Positions 1-10,036 of a stretch of DNA of 64,000 nucleotides are shown here, piece by piece (the stretch's first letter is position 1; the number at the start of each line of letters is the position of its first letter). Where the stretch lies: the IMG/VR virus record IMGVR_UViG_3300025084_003207, positions 28,810 through 92,809 of that record; one strand, written 5' to 3'. This DNA is from a virus. The notes beneath the pieces are model-generated. The model was not told the origin of the DNA. It saw only the letters and a program-made list of their open reading frames with translations, and ran no database searches. The position numbers and the translations under genes were made by a program.

Positions 1-476
1 AAAATATCTGTGTAATAATTCTGTATATGTGTATAATATTGTGTAGATAGATTATGCAGGTCTGGTGTTTGTGTTGCAGTATCTTGATTGGTTTGCCATG
101 GTGCAATACTTACCCAGCCGTTATCCTCTTTGGCAACGGAATCATAATCTGTAAACGTTCTTGGATATATAACTCTATCTCCGTAAAAGATATTTGGATT
201 ATCATTTAATTGCTCATTGCCAGAAGGAAAAGCATATCTATGAATCATACTCCATTGTACAATCCCAAATAAATCTTTTGCATCAATTCCATCATCTAAT
301 TTTTGTTTCATTGCGTTCATAAAACTATGTGCTATAAATTGATTACCAGTACCGCCTACACCTTTGGATATTAATTCTGCATCTAAATAGTCTGCAACAA
401 AATTATTCCACATCAAAAAGTCAGAATTTATTGTATCACTAAAACTACAACCTGCAGAAATAAAATAGTTAGGCAC
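1..476 (-). CDS. SGNH/GDSL-like hydrolase-fold protein, runs off the window (not in ORF track)
   Basis: Hand translation from GTG at 476 (GGAGA SD upstream) gives VPNYFISAGCSFSD...ISKGVGGTGNQFI..., open to base 1. The GCSF and GxGN motifs resemble those of ORF 58230-59045. Confidence 0.65.
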   Translation of the reverse strand, partial: MPNYFISAGCSFSDTINSDFLMWNNFVADYLDAELISKGVGGTGNQFIAHSFMNAMKQKLDDGIDAKDLFGIVQWSMIHRYAFPSGNEQLNDNPNIFYGDRVIYPRTFTDYDSVAKEDNGWVSIAPWQTNQDTATQTPDLHNLSTQYYTHIQNYYTDI

Positions 477-1350
477 TATACATCTCCAGTAGTTTATCAG
501 CATTTCGTTGTAATGCCCATTTATTCATTATGTGCAAGTCTACATCTTTCCATCTACTTAATTGAAAGTCTGCATTTGCTTTTGGTTTTTCTAAAAACAT
601 TGTAATATCGTTAACAGCATTTACTTCATGTATGTCGTCCCAATCAAATGTTTTATACATTTTTTCTATTGGTAATTGCTCTTGTGCTTCGCTTTTAAAT
701 CCATTCATTACATGAGCGGCAACACTAAAACTGTAATCGTTTCTATAAAGCATACCTGGTATTTCATATAAGTCTTTGTAGTAGTTCCAATTTTGTTTCA
801 CATCTTTAACTACATTAAAAAAACTTTCTACATATGGTGTCTTTTTAAAATATACTACTGTGGCCCAATACATAGAAATACTAAAGTCGCTTATTCTTTT
901 GTATGATTCTGATCTACCAAATTGTATATCTTGCACATCTCTGTGTAACATAATATCGTTTTTGTGTCCCCAACAAGCATTTAAACTATCGCTGAGTACT
1001 AAGTAATCTACATCCATTACTATTGTTTCGTCATAAGGTGATATATCATAAGCATCGCATCTGTTAGCATTATAGAAAGGCAATACTTTTACACTATGAT
1101 TAGTGTCTCTATAGTTGCGATGATTTTTTGCTTTGAAGTCTAAATCTTTTTCAGCAATAATTATATTGTCTATATAATCTTCTACTTTGATGTTTTTAGA
1201 TGTGTAGTCATAAGAGTTTTGATCAGTAACTACTGTAATGCTATGCTCTCCAAGATTGTATCTAATCATACTTGCTGTTACACAGGCAAGTTTTAAATAC
1301 TCAATCTCTTCATTGTTATGAGCGTATAATAAAAATCCTTTAGTCGTCAT
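469..1350 (-). CDS. putative GT-A fold glycosyltransferase / nucleotide-diphospho-sugar transferase
   Basis: 293 aa; SPYDETIVMDVDYLV (DxD), N-terminal KGFLLYA...VVTD, YRNDYSFSVA. Confidence 0.7.
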   Translation of the reverse strand: MTTKGFLLYAHNNEEIEYLKLACVTASMIRYNLGEHSITVVTDQNSYDYTSKNIKVEDYIDNIIIAEKDLDFKAKNHRNYRDTNHSVKVLPFYNANRCDAYDISPYDETIVMDVDYLVLSDSLNACWGHKNDIMLHRDVQDIQFGRSESYKRISDFSISMYWATVVYFKKTPYVESFFNVVKDVKQNWNYYKDLYEIPGMLYRNDYSFSVAAHVMNGFKSEAQEQLPIEKMYKTFDWDDIHEVNAVNDITMFLEKPKANADFQLSRWKDVDLHIMNKWALQRNADKLLEMYSA

Positions 1351-1702
1351 CGAGATCTATGTCTATTAGTTTATGGACTTTGCGAGCCTTTCTTAACTTG
1401 ACATATTCTGCATGATAATCATTTGTAACTTCAAAGTATCTACTTAGTAATTCATCTAAGAATACTGATAGATCTTCTATATGGATAGGATTTTCGTAGT
1501 TGTCTATGAGAACACTATCGTTATATTCTTTTTCTATTAGTGTATTTACAAATGTAATTAGTTCTTGTGATACAGTAAATGTACCACCGTTTGTAGAAAG
1601 GATAAGCCTCGTTTGAGTTTTGGATCTCAACGAGGCTATCTGATTATTTAATGTTTGCCGATAATTGGCGAATTCTAATGCTTTGGTAAGTCGCTCACTC
1701 AT
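1340..1702 (-). CDS. hypothetical phage protein
   Basis: 120 aa, coupled to the downstream GT gene; AATAAATA box at 1733-1740. Confidence 0.7.
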   Translation of the reverse strand: MSERLTKALEFANYRQTLNNQIASLRSKTQTRLILSTNGGTFTVSQELITFVNTLIEKEYNDSVLIDNYENPIHIEDLSVFLDELLSRYFEVTNDYHAEYVKLRKARKVHKLIDIDLDDD

Positions 1703-1741
1703 ACAAGTCCTGTGTTGTGTTTATTTACAAACTATTTATTA

Positions 1742-2638
1742 TTATAAATCTGAGTTTGTAGTATAAGTCGGTGTAGCAACTGTAACTGAATAACCGTTTG
1801 GCAATGTGCCACTATTCGGTCTATATTGCCCAGCAACACTTGTTAAAGTTCCATCAACACTATCAAAGTATCCTCTACCTGTATGCGAGTCACCAAATGT
1901 GATTAAAAATCTCAATACAGTCGAACTATCTGCTCTTGCTTGAATTGAATAATAGTTAGTTGAGTATGAACCTGAACCTGCTTTAGTATATATAGTTTGG
2001 TAAGTAGTTGTTAAATCATTATTGCCAATACTTGTAGTTGTTCCTGAACTTGCAGTAGTTTGAGTATAATTCATTTTAACTGTACCCATAGCACTTAACA
2101 TGTTAGTCCAGTCTGTGTTCTGATCATTAGTTGAACCACCACTTCTACTTGCTGTAAAGTATAAACTTCCACCTGCATTGAAAAATGCATTTCTAACTGC
2201 GGAACTTGAAAATGTTACAGTAAGATCATGAGTAACTGTAGTACTCCATGCGGCTGTTCTAGTACTAGTATCTTTTGCCTCTACTGCTAGATATGACGCA
2301 TCAGCAGTTAATCTTGCATTATAGCCATTTGTAATAGTAGACTGTATGTTATTTAAGTCAGTGTCTTGTATTAGTGCGGCGTTACTTACATCTGAAACAT
2401 TGTTACTTGCACCTGTATAAACTGCAATATCCTGAGCGGCATTAATTATGTCATTAGTGTTTGTGTCGGTAATTGTTGCACCGGCGGCTGGATTATAAAC
2501 ACTCCAACTTTGACCCCAACCTTCGTTTGAGCCTCCTGGAGTACCAGTTATTAATAAAATATTATTCCTTGCAACGTCCCAATCAGCGGCGGTTATTGTA
2601 GAACCTGCTGACCTATTCGTCATGGTTGATAATGCCAT
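1742..2638 (-). CDS. putative virion structural / short fibre protein
   Basis: 298 aa, Thr/Ser/Gly-rich; N-terminal repeats GSTITAADW / GATITDTNT / AALIQDTDL; AGGAG SD and late box upstream. Confidence 0.6.
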   Translation of the reverse strand: MALSTMTNRSAGSTITAADWDVARNNILLITGTPGGSNEGWGQSWSVYNPAAGATITDTNTNDIINAAQDIAVYTGASNNVSDVSNAALIQDTDLNNIQSTITNGYNARLTADASYLAVEAKDTSTRTAAWSTTVTHDLTVTFSSSAVRNAFFNAGGSLYFTASRSGGSTNDQNTDWTNMLSAMGTVKMNYTQTTASSGTTTSIGNNDLTTTYQTIYTKAGSGSYSTNYYSIQARADSSTVLRFLITFGDSHTGRGYFDSVDGTLTSVAGQYRPNSGTLPNGYSVTVATPTYTTNSDL

Positions 2639-2693
2639 TATTTTCTCCTAAATCGATTTAGTTGTTATCTTGTGATAACAAATTGTACAAATG

Positions 2694-2701
2694 TATTTAT
2701 C
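2694..2701 (-). promoter_or_regulatory. gp55-type late promoter box GATAAATA
   Basis: Variant of the T4 late TATAAATA box, intergenic; the leader holds the inverted repeat TGTTATC-N4-GATAACA (2663-2680). Confidence 0.7.
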
Positions 2702-2713
2702 AAAATAATAAGA

Positions 2714-4651
2714 TTAGGTGTCCTGAGTAAACCTTTTTGTCCACAAAGTAAGACTGTATTTAACGCCTTCTTCTAGCGGTTCGCACACGTGAGGATGTGT
2801 AACTTGCCCAGGCCACATCAGCATAATACCTCTTGTAATGTGCCTATTTGTAAAATGCTGTCTAGGAAAAGTTAATTCAGCACCTTGATAGTTATCATTT
2901 AATTTAACACTTCCGCTGACCATACTAGCATCATTATGTAATGCTAATTCTGTTTGTGTATCTAAACTGTATCGCATAGCAAAGAAGTCTCTTATACCAT
3001 ACATGCTCATAGGTGGCCAGTATGCTTCTAGTTGCGGCCATATGTTTTTAGTTAAATGATTTTCTAAATGTTTATATAAACTTGGACATAATGTTTTAAT
3101 TCTAATTTCTTGTGCCGGATAGGCGTCGTCTGGTCTAGGTTCCCACCCACCTTTGTTATCACATGCTCCTATCAAATCATCGCACATCTGAGGTGTCATG
3201 TACTCAAATGCTACAATGTCATCTGCAACTGTCCATATTTTATTGTATCTAGCAATGTTTATCGGAATTACAGAACCTTGATTAAACATTTGATTGACTA
3301 ATTTTGTGTATGCCGCTTTGTCTTCATCACCGCCGTTGCCGTGTAACACACAACTGTAGCAACCTGTTTCAGAATTATAAACTTGAGTGTTGTCCGAAAC
3401 ACTTAAACTATTTGCTGTACCGCTTACACATTGGAATAGATAATTTTCTACATCTAATCTAATATTGTACTTGCCACTTAAAAACAATTTTTGGTAATAT
3501 AATTGGTCATCATCTCTTTTCTTGATGTCATTTTTTAGCATTTCTTTAATTACAACTGCTCTTCCAATAAATGCACCACTATTCAAATACCTATTTCTTG
3601 TATGTACTTCTGGAAATTGATCTGCTATACTGTCATCAGGCCATATCATTGGTTCTGCGGCAAATACTACATCTGCACCAAACTGTTTAAATCGTTTAAT
3701 AAGTTCATTTTGATTATCATTTATGACTACATCGTAACCGTCTACAAACATTACTATATCGTGATCGTCGACATTACGCAATCTACTTCTAAGATAATGA
3801 ACCTTGTGTCCGCCTCCAGGTCCATCTGCCATTACGCCGCCTTCCCATGGTTCGCCAACCCCTAACATTTCTAAATCTAATCCATGTATTTCGCAACTTT
3901 TAATTAAGTTTTCTGCTTTTAGACTTTCTGTTGCAACTGTGAGTAATTTAAAATCTTTCCATTCTTTAAATGTTGTTGCAGTTTCTGTGTCAGTCCTGCC
4001 AATTTCTGTTTCTCTTTTATATGGACTAAAAACATTGTTCTTATATGCTAGTCCTTTTAGTTTGGGTAATTCTTTAAATTGTGGATACTGATCTAGTAAA
4101 GGACTTGTGCCTAACATCATTGGCAAATATTCATCTGCTGGTATTAAATTATTTAAGCCTACATTGTTTAGTAACATCTGGGCACCTTTTACACTTAAGG
4201 CATATCCGGCTGTCCAATAGCAATATCCTGGTATTTCAAATAAATCATCAAAGCCTACCATTTCCATATCCATATTCCACTTTGACAAATACACTAAATC
4301 AAATTCATCTAGTCTTTCTTCTATTTGTGTTAAATTATATTTGTCACTGCTGTGAAATAAATCATCTTCTAAAACAATACCTGGGTTTCCGCTTTTAACT
4401 ATTTTAGACCATGCTATGATATGACTGAGAATACAACCAACTTCACCTGTAGTAAGCGGTCTATCTTCTAATGGGTCTAACCAATTTTTACATACTTGCA
4501 TGCCATTGCTAAGTACTTTACTGTAATCAACTAAGTTCCCGTCAACTGCTTCAATTCTTTCATAATCAGTGATTTCAAGTTTAGCAAACAAGTCAATCAT
4601 GTTTTGATTTCGTTCTGGTCTTCTTTCTAAATTTATATAATAATGTTTCAT
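2714..4651 (-). CDS. GT25 glycosyltransferase + PLOD-type glycosyltransferase + 2OG-Fe(II) (lysyl-hydroxylase-like) fusion
   Basis: YYINLERRPER...AVDG...GEVGCILSH...VLEDD (GT25); GGGHKV...FVDGYDV...FAAE...YLNSG.FIG...DDDQLYY...HGNG (PLOD GT); LALHNDAS...PGQVTHPH (2OG-Fe(II)). Start moved to ATG 4651, an ATGA overlap with the upstream stop. Confidence 0.85.
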   Translation of the reverse strand: MKHYYINLERRPERNQNMIDLFAKLEITDYERIEAVDGNLVDYSKVLSNGMQVCKNWLDPLEDRPLTTGEVGCILSHIIAWSKIVKSGNPGIVLEDDLFHSSDKYNLTQIEERLDEFDLVYLSKWNMDMEMVGFDDLFEIPGYCYWTAGYALSVKGAQMLLNNVGLNNLIPADEYLPMMLGTSPLLDQYPQFKELPKLKGLAYKNNVFSPYKRETEIGRTDTETATTFKEWKDFKLLTVATESLKAENLIKSCEIHGLDLEMLGVGEPWEGGVMADGPGGGHKVHYLRSRLRNVDDHDIVMFVDGYDVVINDNQNELIKRFKQFGADVVFAAEPMIWPDDSIADQFPEVHTRNRYLNSGAFIGRAVVIKEMLKNDIKKRDDDQLYYQKLFLSGKYNIRLDVENYLFQCVSGTANSLSVSDNTQVYNSETGCYSCVLHGNGGDEDKAAYTKLVNQMFNQGSVIPINIARYNKIWTVADDIVAFEYMTPQMCDDLIGACDNKGGWEPRPDDAYPAQEIRIKTLCPSLYKHLENHLTKNIWPQLEAYWPPMSMYGIRDFFAMRYSLDTQTELALHNDASMVSGSVKLNDNYQGAELTFPRQHFTNRHITRGIMLMWPGQVTHPHVCEPLEEGVKYSLTLWTKRFTQDT

Positions 4652-5220
4652 CGCCAATGTGGACCTTCCACCCACGTTACTAAACTGTGTCTTATTCCAC
4701 TTGTTACTGGTGTTACTCTGTGCCTGTGGAAACTAGGAAATACAATTACTGATCCTTTATTAAATGCTTCATCTGGTAATTGCGGTAATGTGTTATCAAA
4801 TTCAAATCTTCCGCCTTCATAATCACTAGGGTCGCTCAATTGAAAAACCAAACTTAACTTTCTATGGAATGCTCTACTTTCTGCCCAGTCAACATCATGA
4901 TGCCAATCATACTTGCCTGGATTGTCTGGGTCACCTATGTACTTTGTGAATTGAATATCGTTTACATAACGTAAATCTAAATCAAATGAGTCTCGATTAA
5001 CTTGATTAGCATAGTGCCATATCTCTTTTACTATTGCTTCTTCTGTTTTAGGATTAAGCCAACGTACTTCGCTTTTACGATACGAGTCTTCTTGCTTTGC
5101 ATTTTCAAACCCTATAACAGCATCACGTGGTTCATAATTCTCTGTGGCGTAATCAATGATATAATCACACCAATCTGAACTTAATGCTTGGTCAAAGAAT
5201 AGCCAATAGTCTCCTTTCAT
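4648..5220 (-). CDS. 2OG-Fe(II) oxygenase (prolyl-hydroxylase/PKHD-like)
   Basis: YDWHHD, RKLSLVFQLSDPSDYEGG, VFPSFHRHRVTPVTSGIRHSLVTW. Confidence 0.9.
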   Translation of the reverse strand: MKGDYWLFFDQALSSDWCDYIIDYATENYEPRDAVIGFENAKQEDSYRKSEVRWLNPKTEEAIVKEIWHYANQVNRDSFDLDLRYVNDIQFTKYIGDPDNPGKYDWHHDVDWAESRAFHRKLSLVFQLSDPSDYEGGRFEFDNTLPQLPDEAFNKGSVIVFPSFHRHRVTPVTSGIRHSLVTWVEGPHWR

Positions 5221-5225
5221 ACTAT

Positions 5226-5233
5226 TAGTTATC
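5226..5233 (-). promoter_or_regulatory. late promoter box GATAACTA, 5 nt before ATG (leaderless)
   Basis: GATAACTA-ATAGT-ATG(5220), no SD. Confidence 0.65.
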
Positions 5234-5256
5234 TTAAGTGAGGGGGAATTTTATAA

Positions 5257-7368
5257 TTATTTGACGCCAATAACAACTTCAACGACAGCATCATCAAAAG
5301 TTTCTTTGTCTTCTAATGCTCTACCAATTATGCATCGCATGTCATATTCGTTTTTCATTAATGCCTTTGCAAAGCCTGGCTTACTGCCACTTACAAGTCT
5401 TTCGCCTTTCTTGATACGACCTTCGACTTTAACTGGCACTCTTCCTGTTAGTGCAACTGCAACACCTTCTGCTTCACTGTTCATTAAGTATGCTGGGTTT
5501 GTACTAACAACACCAAATACTTCTGGGTCATTAAACGAAGTTGTTTGTGTAACTTCTGCACTACCGCCTAACTTAACAACTGTGCCTGGCTCGTAGTCTG
5601 CATCAGATGAATATATCTCTGCCAAGTCAGCATATTGAGCCGATGTTGCTGTACCTTCGAAATAGTTACCTATGACATTTGCACTAGTTGTAATATTTTC
5701 GCCTACAAATAGTCTCTTTTCAATTACTGCACCACCGTCTGTGTAAAATGATGCACTTGTATCTGATGCACTTGTTGGGTTAGCAAGATCTTTTAATTTT
5801 AATTTAAATAGTTCTGCATCTCTACCATCAATAGTTTCGCCTACATATAATTTTTTCTCAATAACTGCACCACCATCAAGATATAATGGAGCACTTACAT
5901 CTGAATTACTGCTTGGACTTGCTGTACTTGTAAGATTAAGTAGACCAGCAAAGGTCATATTACCTGAAGCATTAATAGTGTCAATGTATAAATTGTTCCA
6001 ATACTTTGTACTAGAACCTAAGTTATATGTTGTGGTTGCATCTGGTATTAAATGTGATTTTATTTGACCATTTATTGTAACATCGTCACTGTTATTATCA
6101 CCAAGTGTAACTGAACCGTTGAGTGTTGTTGCACCTGTATTTGTTATACTGCCAAATGAACCATTACCTGTAAATATTGCAGTAGTACCTTTAAAAATAG
6201 TACCATCAATATTACCTGTAATTGCCGCGGCGCCTGTTACTGATAAACTACCTGATGTTAGCGAACCAGTGGCAATCACATTACCAATATTAATATTACC
6301 TGAGCCACCTTGATAATTTGTGACTCTGATTGTATTAACTGTTGCATCGCTAATGTTTGATGTTGTTATAGGAAATGCTGTTGTACCAATTTTTGTTGTA
6401 ACATTAGCGGCAGTTGATCTAACTTCTGCTGTACCGCCTGTTTGACCTAATGAAAGTATACCATTTACATAAACATTTTGCCATCTATTTGTACTACTTC
6501 CTAAGTCAAATGTATCACCTGAATCAGGAATAATATCACTTGATGATGTAACAATAGATGTAATGCCAACATTACTAGCACCTATAACTAAATTCCCTGT
6601 AATACCGTCTGCTCTATAGGCTCTATCTGCTAATGCTATAGATGTGTTAGCATATTCCTGCCTTAAATTCATACCAGGACTGATTTCAATACCAATACCG
6701 TCGGATTCTGCTAATTGATCATACCAATTAAAAGTATCACCATGTGATGAACCTGCGGCATCCTTAACTGTGAATGTTGTGTGATCACTAAATATAGCCA
6801 TAATGGTTTCACCACCTGGTCTTGTGTCACTGGATTCACCGTCATTGACGTAAACTAATGCACTAACGGCTCTGGGAATATCACCGTTATCTGTTAAAAA
6901 TATGTTTCTTAATTTTGTACCATATGCACTTGGTGTATTTAAATTATTTACATTAGTGTATTCATTTGATACTTGACCAGCATAACTACTATCAACATAA
7001 GTAACGCCATTGTGTATTTTTAATTTATCGTCTGTTGTATCAAAGTACATTGCTCCAGCACTTGCACCGTCTGAAGGTGCAGTAGATGAAATAACTGGCG
7101 ATGTTCTCACCCATGTTGCTGAGTTATCTTTATAAACTTTTAAAACTTTTTCATTGGTATCGTACCAAACTTGGCCTACTAATGTTGTATTTGGTGTAGG
7201 TGCTAAAGGACTTGCAAAATTTTCTAAATGCCTTAAACTGTTTTCTGCAAATACTTGTCCATAGTTAGTAACATTTTTACCTACTAACTTAAGACTAAAA
7301 TTATTGTTAATTGTACCGTCTTCAACAGTATAACTGGAACCTGTACTTGATGTAATTGTATATGCCAT
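5257..7368 (-). CDS. tail fibre / baseplate-attached fibre protein with C-terminal intramolecular-chaperone-like domain
   Basis: 703 aa; MAYT...LVGKNVTNYGQ...ENFA N-terminus; internal DGGAVIEK repeats; C-terminal GTATSAQYADLAE.Y...GTVV...VALTGRVPVKV. Confidence 0.7.
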   Translation of the reverse strand: MAYTITSSTGSSYTVEDGTINNNFSLKLVGKNVTNYGQVFAENSLRHLENFASPLAPTPNTTLVGQVWYDTNEKVLKVYKDNSATWVRTSPVISSTAPSDGASAGAMYFDTTDDKLKIHNGVTYVDSSYAGQVSNEYTNVNNLNTPSAYGTKLRNIFLTDNGDIPRAVSALVYVNDGESSDTRPGGETIMAIFSDHTTFTVKDAAGSSHGDTFNWYDQLAESDGIGIEISPGMNLRQEYANTSIALADRAYRADGITGNLVIGASNVGITSIVTSSSDIIPDSGDTFDLGSSTNRWQNVYVNGILSLGQTGGTAEVRSTAANVTTKIGTTAFPITTSNISDATVNTIRVTNYQGGSGNINIGNVIATGSLTSGSLSVTGAAAITGNIDGTIFKGTTAIFTGNGSFGSITNTGATTLNGSVTLGDNNSDDVTINGQIKSHLIPDATTTYNLGSSTKYWNNLYIDTINASGNMTFAGLLNLTSTASPSSNSDVSAPLYLDGGAVIEKKLYVGETIDGRDAELFKLKLKDLANPTSASDTSASFYTDGGAVIEKRLFVGENITTSANVIGNYFEGTATSAQYADLAEIYSSDADYEPGTVVKLGGSAEVTQTTSFNDPEVFGVVSTNPAYLMNSEAEGVAVALTGRVPVKVEGRIKKGERLVSGSKPGFAKALMKNEYDMRCIIGRALEDKETFDDAVVEVVIGVK

Positions 7369-9344
7369 TATTTAACTAAAGCCTCCACTGTTCCAGCACC
7401 TTCATCTAATTTTTCCGTAATTGCTATACCTATACAACTAGGTCCGTTTACGTTCATATTATCAACTGCCGCTTCGGCATGGCCTGATGTAGCACTATGT
7501 ACTAGCACATCACCTTTTGAAACTGCTCCTACTACTTTTACTGGTACTCTACCTTTAAGTGCAACCGCTGTTACATGGTCGCCTTGTAATTCTGAATTCA
7601 TTAAATATGCAGGATTGTGTGATACTACTCCTGCTATTGACGGACTTGCTTGTATATCTGAAGTTGTTACTTCAGCATCGCCGCCAAATACTAAAACTGT
7701 TCCTTCTTCATATTCTGCGTCTGCAAGATATTTTTCTGCCAAATCCGCATAACGGGCCGATGTTGCTGTACCTTGGAAAAGGTTAGCATACACATCACCA
7801 CTGCCATCTCTTGCTACAACTTTACTTGCTGTTGCGGTTGTTGTGGCATCTACGGCTATGTCATCTGCATTTACTGTGATATATGAACCTGCACCAACAT
7901 TAAGTGTAACTCCTCCTGATGAGCCGCCGCCTGTTAAACCGTTACCAGCACCGACACTTGATATGTCACCTACTTCGGTAAGTGTTAATATACCAGTACT
8001 GCTATCATATGATAAAGGTGCTGTGGCACTAATAGCCGCTCTTGCTCTTGCATTTGTGTAATATAAATTTGATGAACCTTCTGTTACATCATCTGTATTA
8101 CCGCCTAGTTCACTAAGATGATCTTTTGTATCAATCTGTGCGTCAACATAAGTTTTGACTGCTAACTGTGATGGTACTAAAGTATTTGAAGCACTACCAA
8201 AATTAACATCTGTATCTATTGCCGCTTGTACTCTAGCATCTGCTCTAGCATTTGTGTAGTATAAGTTACTTGAACCTTCTGCTACTGTATCAGTATTGCC
8301 TTGTGTATATGTTAATACACCGGTGCTACTATTATATGCTAATTGAGTTGAGCCTTCACTGATTGCCGCTCTTGCTCTTGCATCAGTGTAATATAAGTTT
8401 GAACCTTCTGATAAATTTGTAGTACTGTGATTAGCAATACTGCTAACTGTACCTGTTACATCTCCTGTTAAATTGCCTTCGAATCCACCAGTTGTATGAA
8501 CAGGTTCTGAACCAAATGTCCATTCGTTTGCTGATGTATCGTATGTGATTTGTTTAATGGCACCGCCAATGTTTGCTTCGAAACCTGCATCAACGTCTGC
8601 GCCATCGGCATTTACTCTAAAGAAAGCATCATCAACTGTGACTGTTGTGGAATTAATTGTTGTGGTTGTACCATTGACAGTTAAGTCCCCAGTAATAACA
8701 ACGGCTCCACTTGCATTAACATTGTTAAATGTTACGTTAGATGTTGTTTCTACTGCTTGTCCTATTGCAATATCGCCTGTGCTACTGTTATAAGTTACAC
8801 CAGTACCACCACTAAAATGTGCTCTTACTTCTGAAGGACTTGGTCCTGTATATGTAATAACACCATTACTGTATGTTAAACTTCCGTCACCGCCATTATC
8901 AACATGACTGAATAAACCTTTAATATACACATCACTCATGACATTTTGCCACTGTGAGCCATCGTAATAGTTTAGATTTTTCTCACCTGAATTATTGTTG
9001 TAATAAAGTTCGCCTTCTTGTATGTTGTTGCTTGGTGGTACAGATTCTGATTTAGGTACATACGCCAATTGAGTATAAGTTCTATCGCTGTTTTTACCTC
9101 TATAAACGTTTAAATGTTCTTTTGTTGTATCGTACCAAAGTTGCCCTGTTAATTTGATTGTTGCTGTTTGCGTCGATTCTGGACCAGCAAAATTTTCTAA
9201 TTGCCTAATTGTATTTTGTGCAATTATTTGGCCATAGTTAGTAACATTTTTACCTAATAATGTTAACGAATATGTAGACTGGTCTAACTGATTATCATTT
9301 ACAGTTATTGCAGTTCCTTGTGTATTTGAAAATGTATAAGCCAT
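7368..9344 (-). CDS. tail fibre protein, paralog of 5257-7368
   Basis: 658 aa; same N- and C-terminal domains; internal EGSxNLYYTxARA repeats. Confidence 0.7.
   Translation of the reverse strand: MAYTFSNTQGTAITVNDNQLDQSTYSLTLLGKNVTNYGQIIAQNTIRQLENFAGPESTQTATIKLTGQLWYDTTKEHLNVYRGKNSDRTYTQLAYVPKSESVPPSNNIQEGELYYNNNSGEKNLNYYDGSQWQNVMSDVYIKGLFSHVDNGGDGSLTYSNGVITYTGPSPSEVRAHFSGGTGVTYNSSTGDIAIGQAVETTSNVTFNNVNASGAVVITGDLTVNGTTTTINSTTVTVDDAFFRVNADGADVDAGFEANIGGAIKQITYDTSANEWTFGSEPVHTTGGFEGNLTGDVTGTVSSIANHSTTNLSEGSNLYYTDARARAAISEGSTQLAYNSSTGVLTYTQGNTDTVAEGSSNLYYTNARADARVQAAIDTDVNFGSASNTLVPSQLAVKTYVDAQIDTKDHLSELGGNTDDVTEGSSNLYYTNARARAAISATAPLSYDSSTGILTLTEVGDISSVGAGNGLTGGGSSGGVTLNVGAGSYITVNADDIAVDATTTATASKVVARDGSGDVYANLFQGTATSARYADLAEKYLADAEYEEGTVLVFGGDAEVTTSDIQASPSIAGVVSHNPAYLMNSELQGDHVTAVALKGRVPVKVVGAVSKGDVLVHSATSGHAEAAVDNMNVNGPSCIGIAITEKLDEGAGTVEALVK
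8030..8410 (-). repeat. three copies of the fibre repeat EG(S)SNLYYT(D/N)ARA
   Basis: EGSNLYYTDARARAAIS, EGSSNLYYTNARADARV, EGSSNLYYTNARARAAIS in the translation. Confidence 0.8.
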
Positions 9345-9353
9345 ATGTTCCTA

Positions 9354-10031
9354 TTACGTCATTTGTATTCTTAAAGTATAAACTACTTCAATTATTCTGT
9401 TTGCACTCTTTTGTACAGGGTGAAATACCACATGAGTTAATAGTTCTGAACTACTACTTGCTGTGGTGGCACTATCGCCTTCTGAATAAGTCATTAATCC
9501 TAGTTCGTCAAATATAAAGTCGCCTTCGTTATTTGCACTAGTATCAAAATTATCTTGGCCTGCAGGCTCACCTAAACCTAATGTACAAGTAACTTTTAAA
9601 TCTGTAAATCCAGCACCTTCTATAACTTCTATTTTATTATTTGGTTTTTCAGCATCTGGATTAGCATCTGTATCACTGACTACTTTTGCATAAGTTTTTC
9701 TATACAATGTTGCATCAGTTTCTCTTGTTTCGCTGGTATTAGTACTTTTATATAGTACTCTACCTGTACTATCAACACTAGAAGCACCGTTACCGAATGC
9801 CATAAAATGTATGTAGTCGTTGGTTTCTGTTGCGCCGCCAGTGCCTTTTCCTATTGAATTCGCAATCAGGTATCCAAGATTTCCATAATGGATAGCATTT
9901 CTTTTGTTTACAATCTCCTCACCAGATTCTTTATCTCTAATAAGAATGTGCCCAGATACATTAAAACCAATTGTGGTATCTATTTGCTCTGCTTGTGGCT
10001 TATTTTCGTTTGTTGCGTTTTCTTCTTTCAT
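9354..10031 (-). CDS. baseplate / tail-collar structural protein
   Basis: 225 aa; MAFGNG...FDELGL...LLTHVVFHPVQKSANRIIEVVYTLRI; lies between wedge and fibre genes. Confidence 0.6.
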   Translation of the reverse strand: MKEENATNENKPQAEQIDTTIGFNVSGHILIRDKESGEEIVNKRNAIHYGNLGYLIANSIGKGTGGATETNDYIHFMAFGNGASSVDSTGRVLYKSTNTSETRETDATLYRKTYAKVVSDTDANPDAEKPNNKIEVIEGAGFTDLKVTCTLGLGEPAGQDNFDTSANNEGDFIFDELGLMTYSEGDSATTASSSSELLTHVVFHPVQKSANRIIEVVYTLRIQMT

Positions 10032-10036
10032 ATAGG

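Noticed and set aside
5257-9344. Diversity-generating retroelement or invertase shufflon acting on the fibre genes
   Set aside because: No reverse transcriptase or recombinase in the window, no TR/VR pair with adenine-specific mismatches, and the shared blocks are direct rather than inverted
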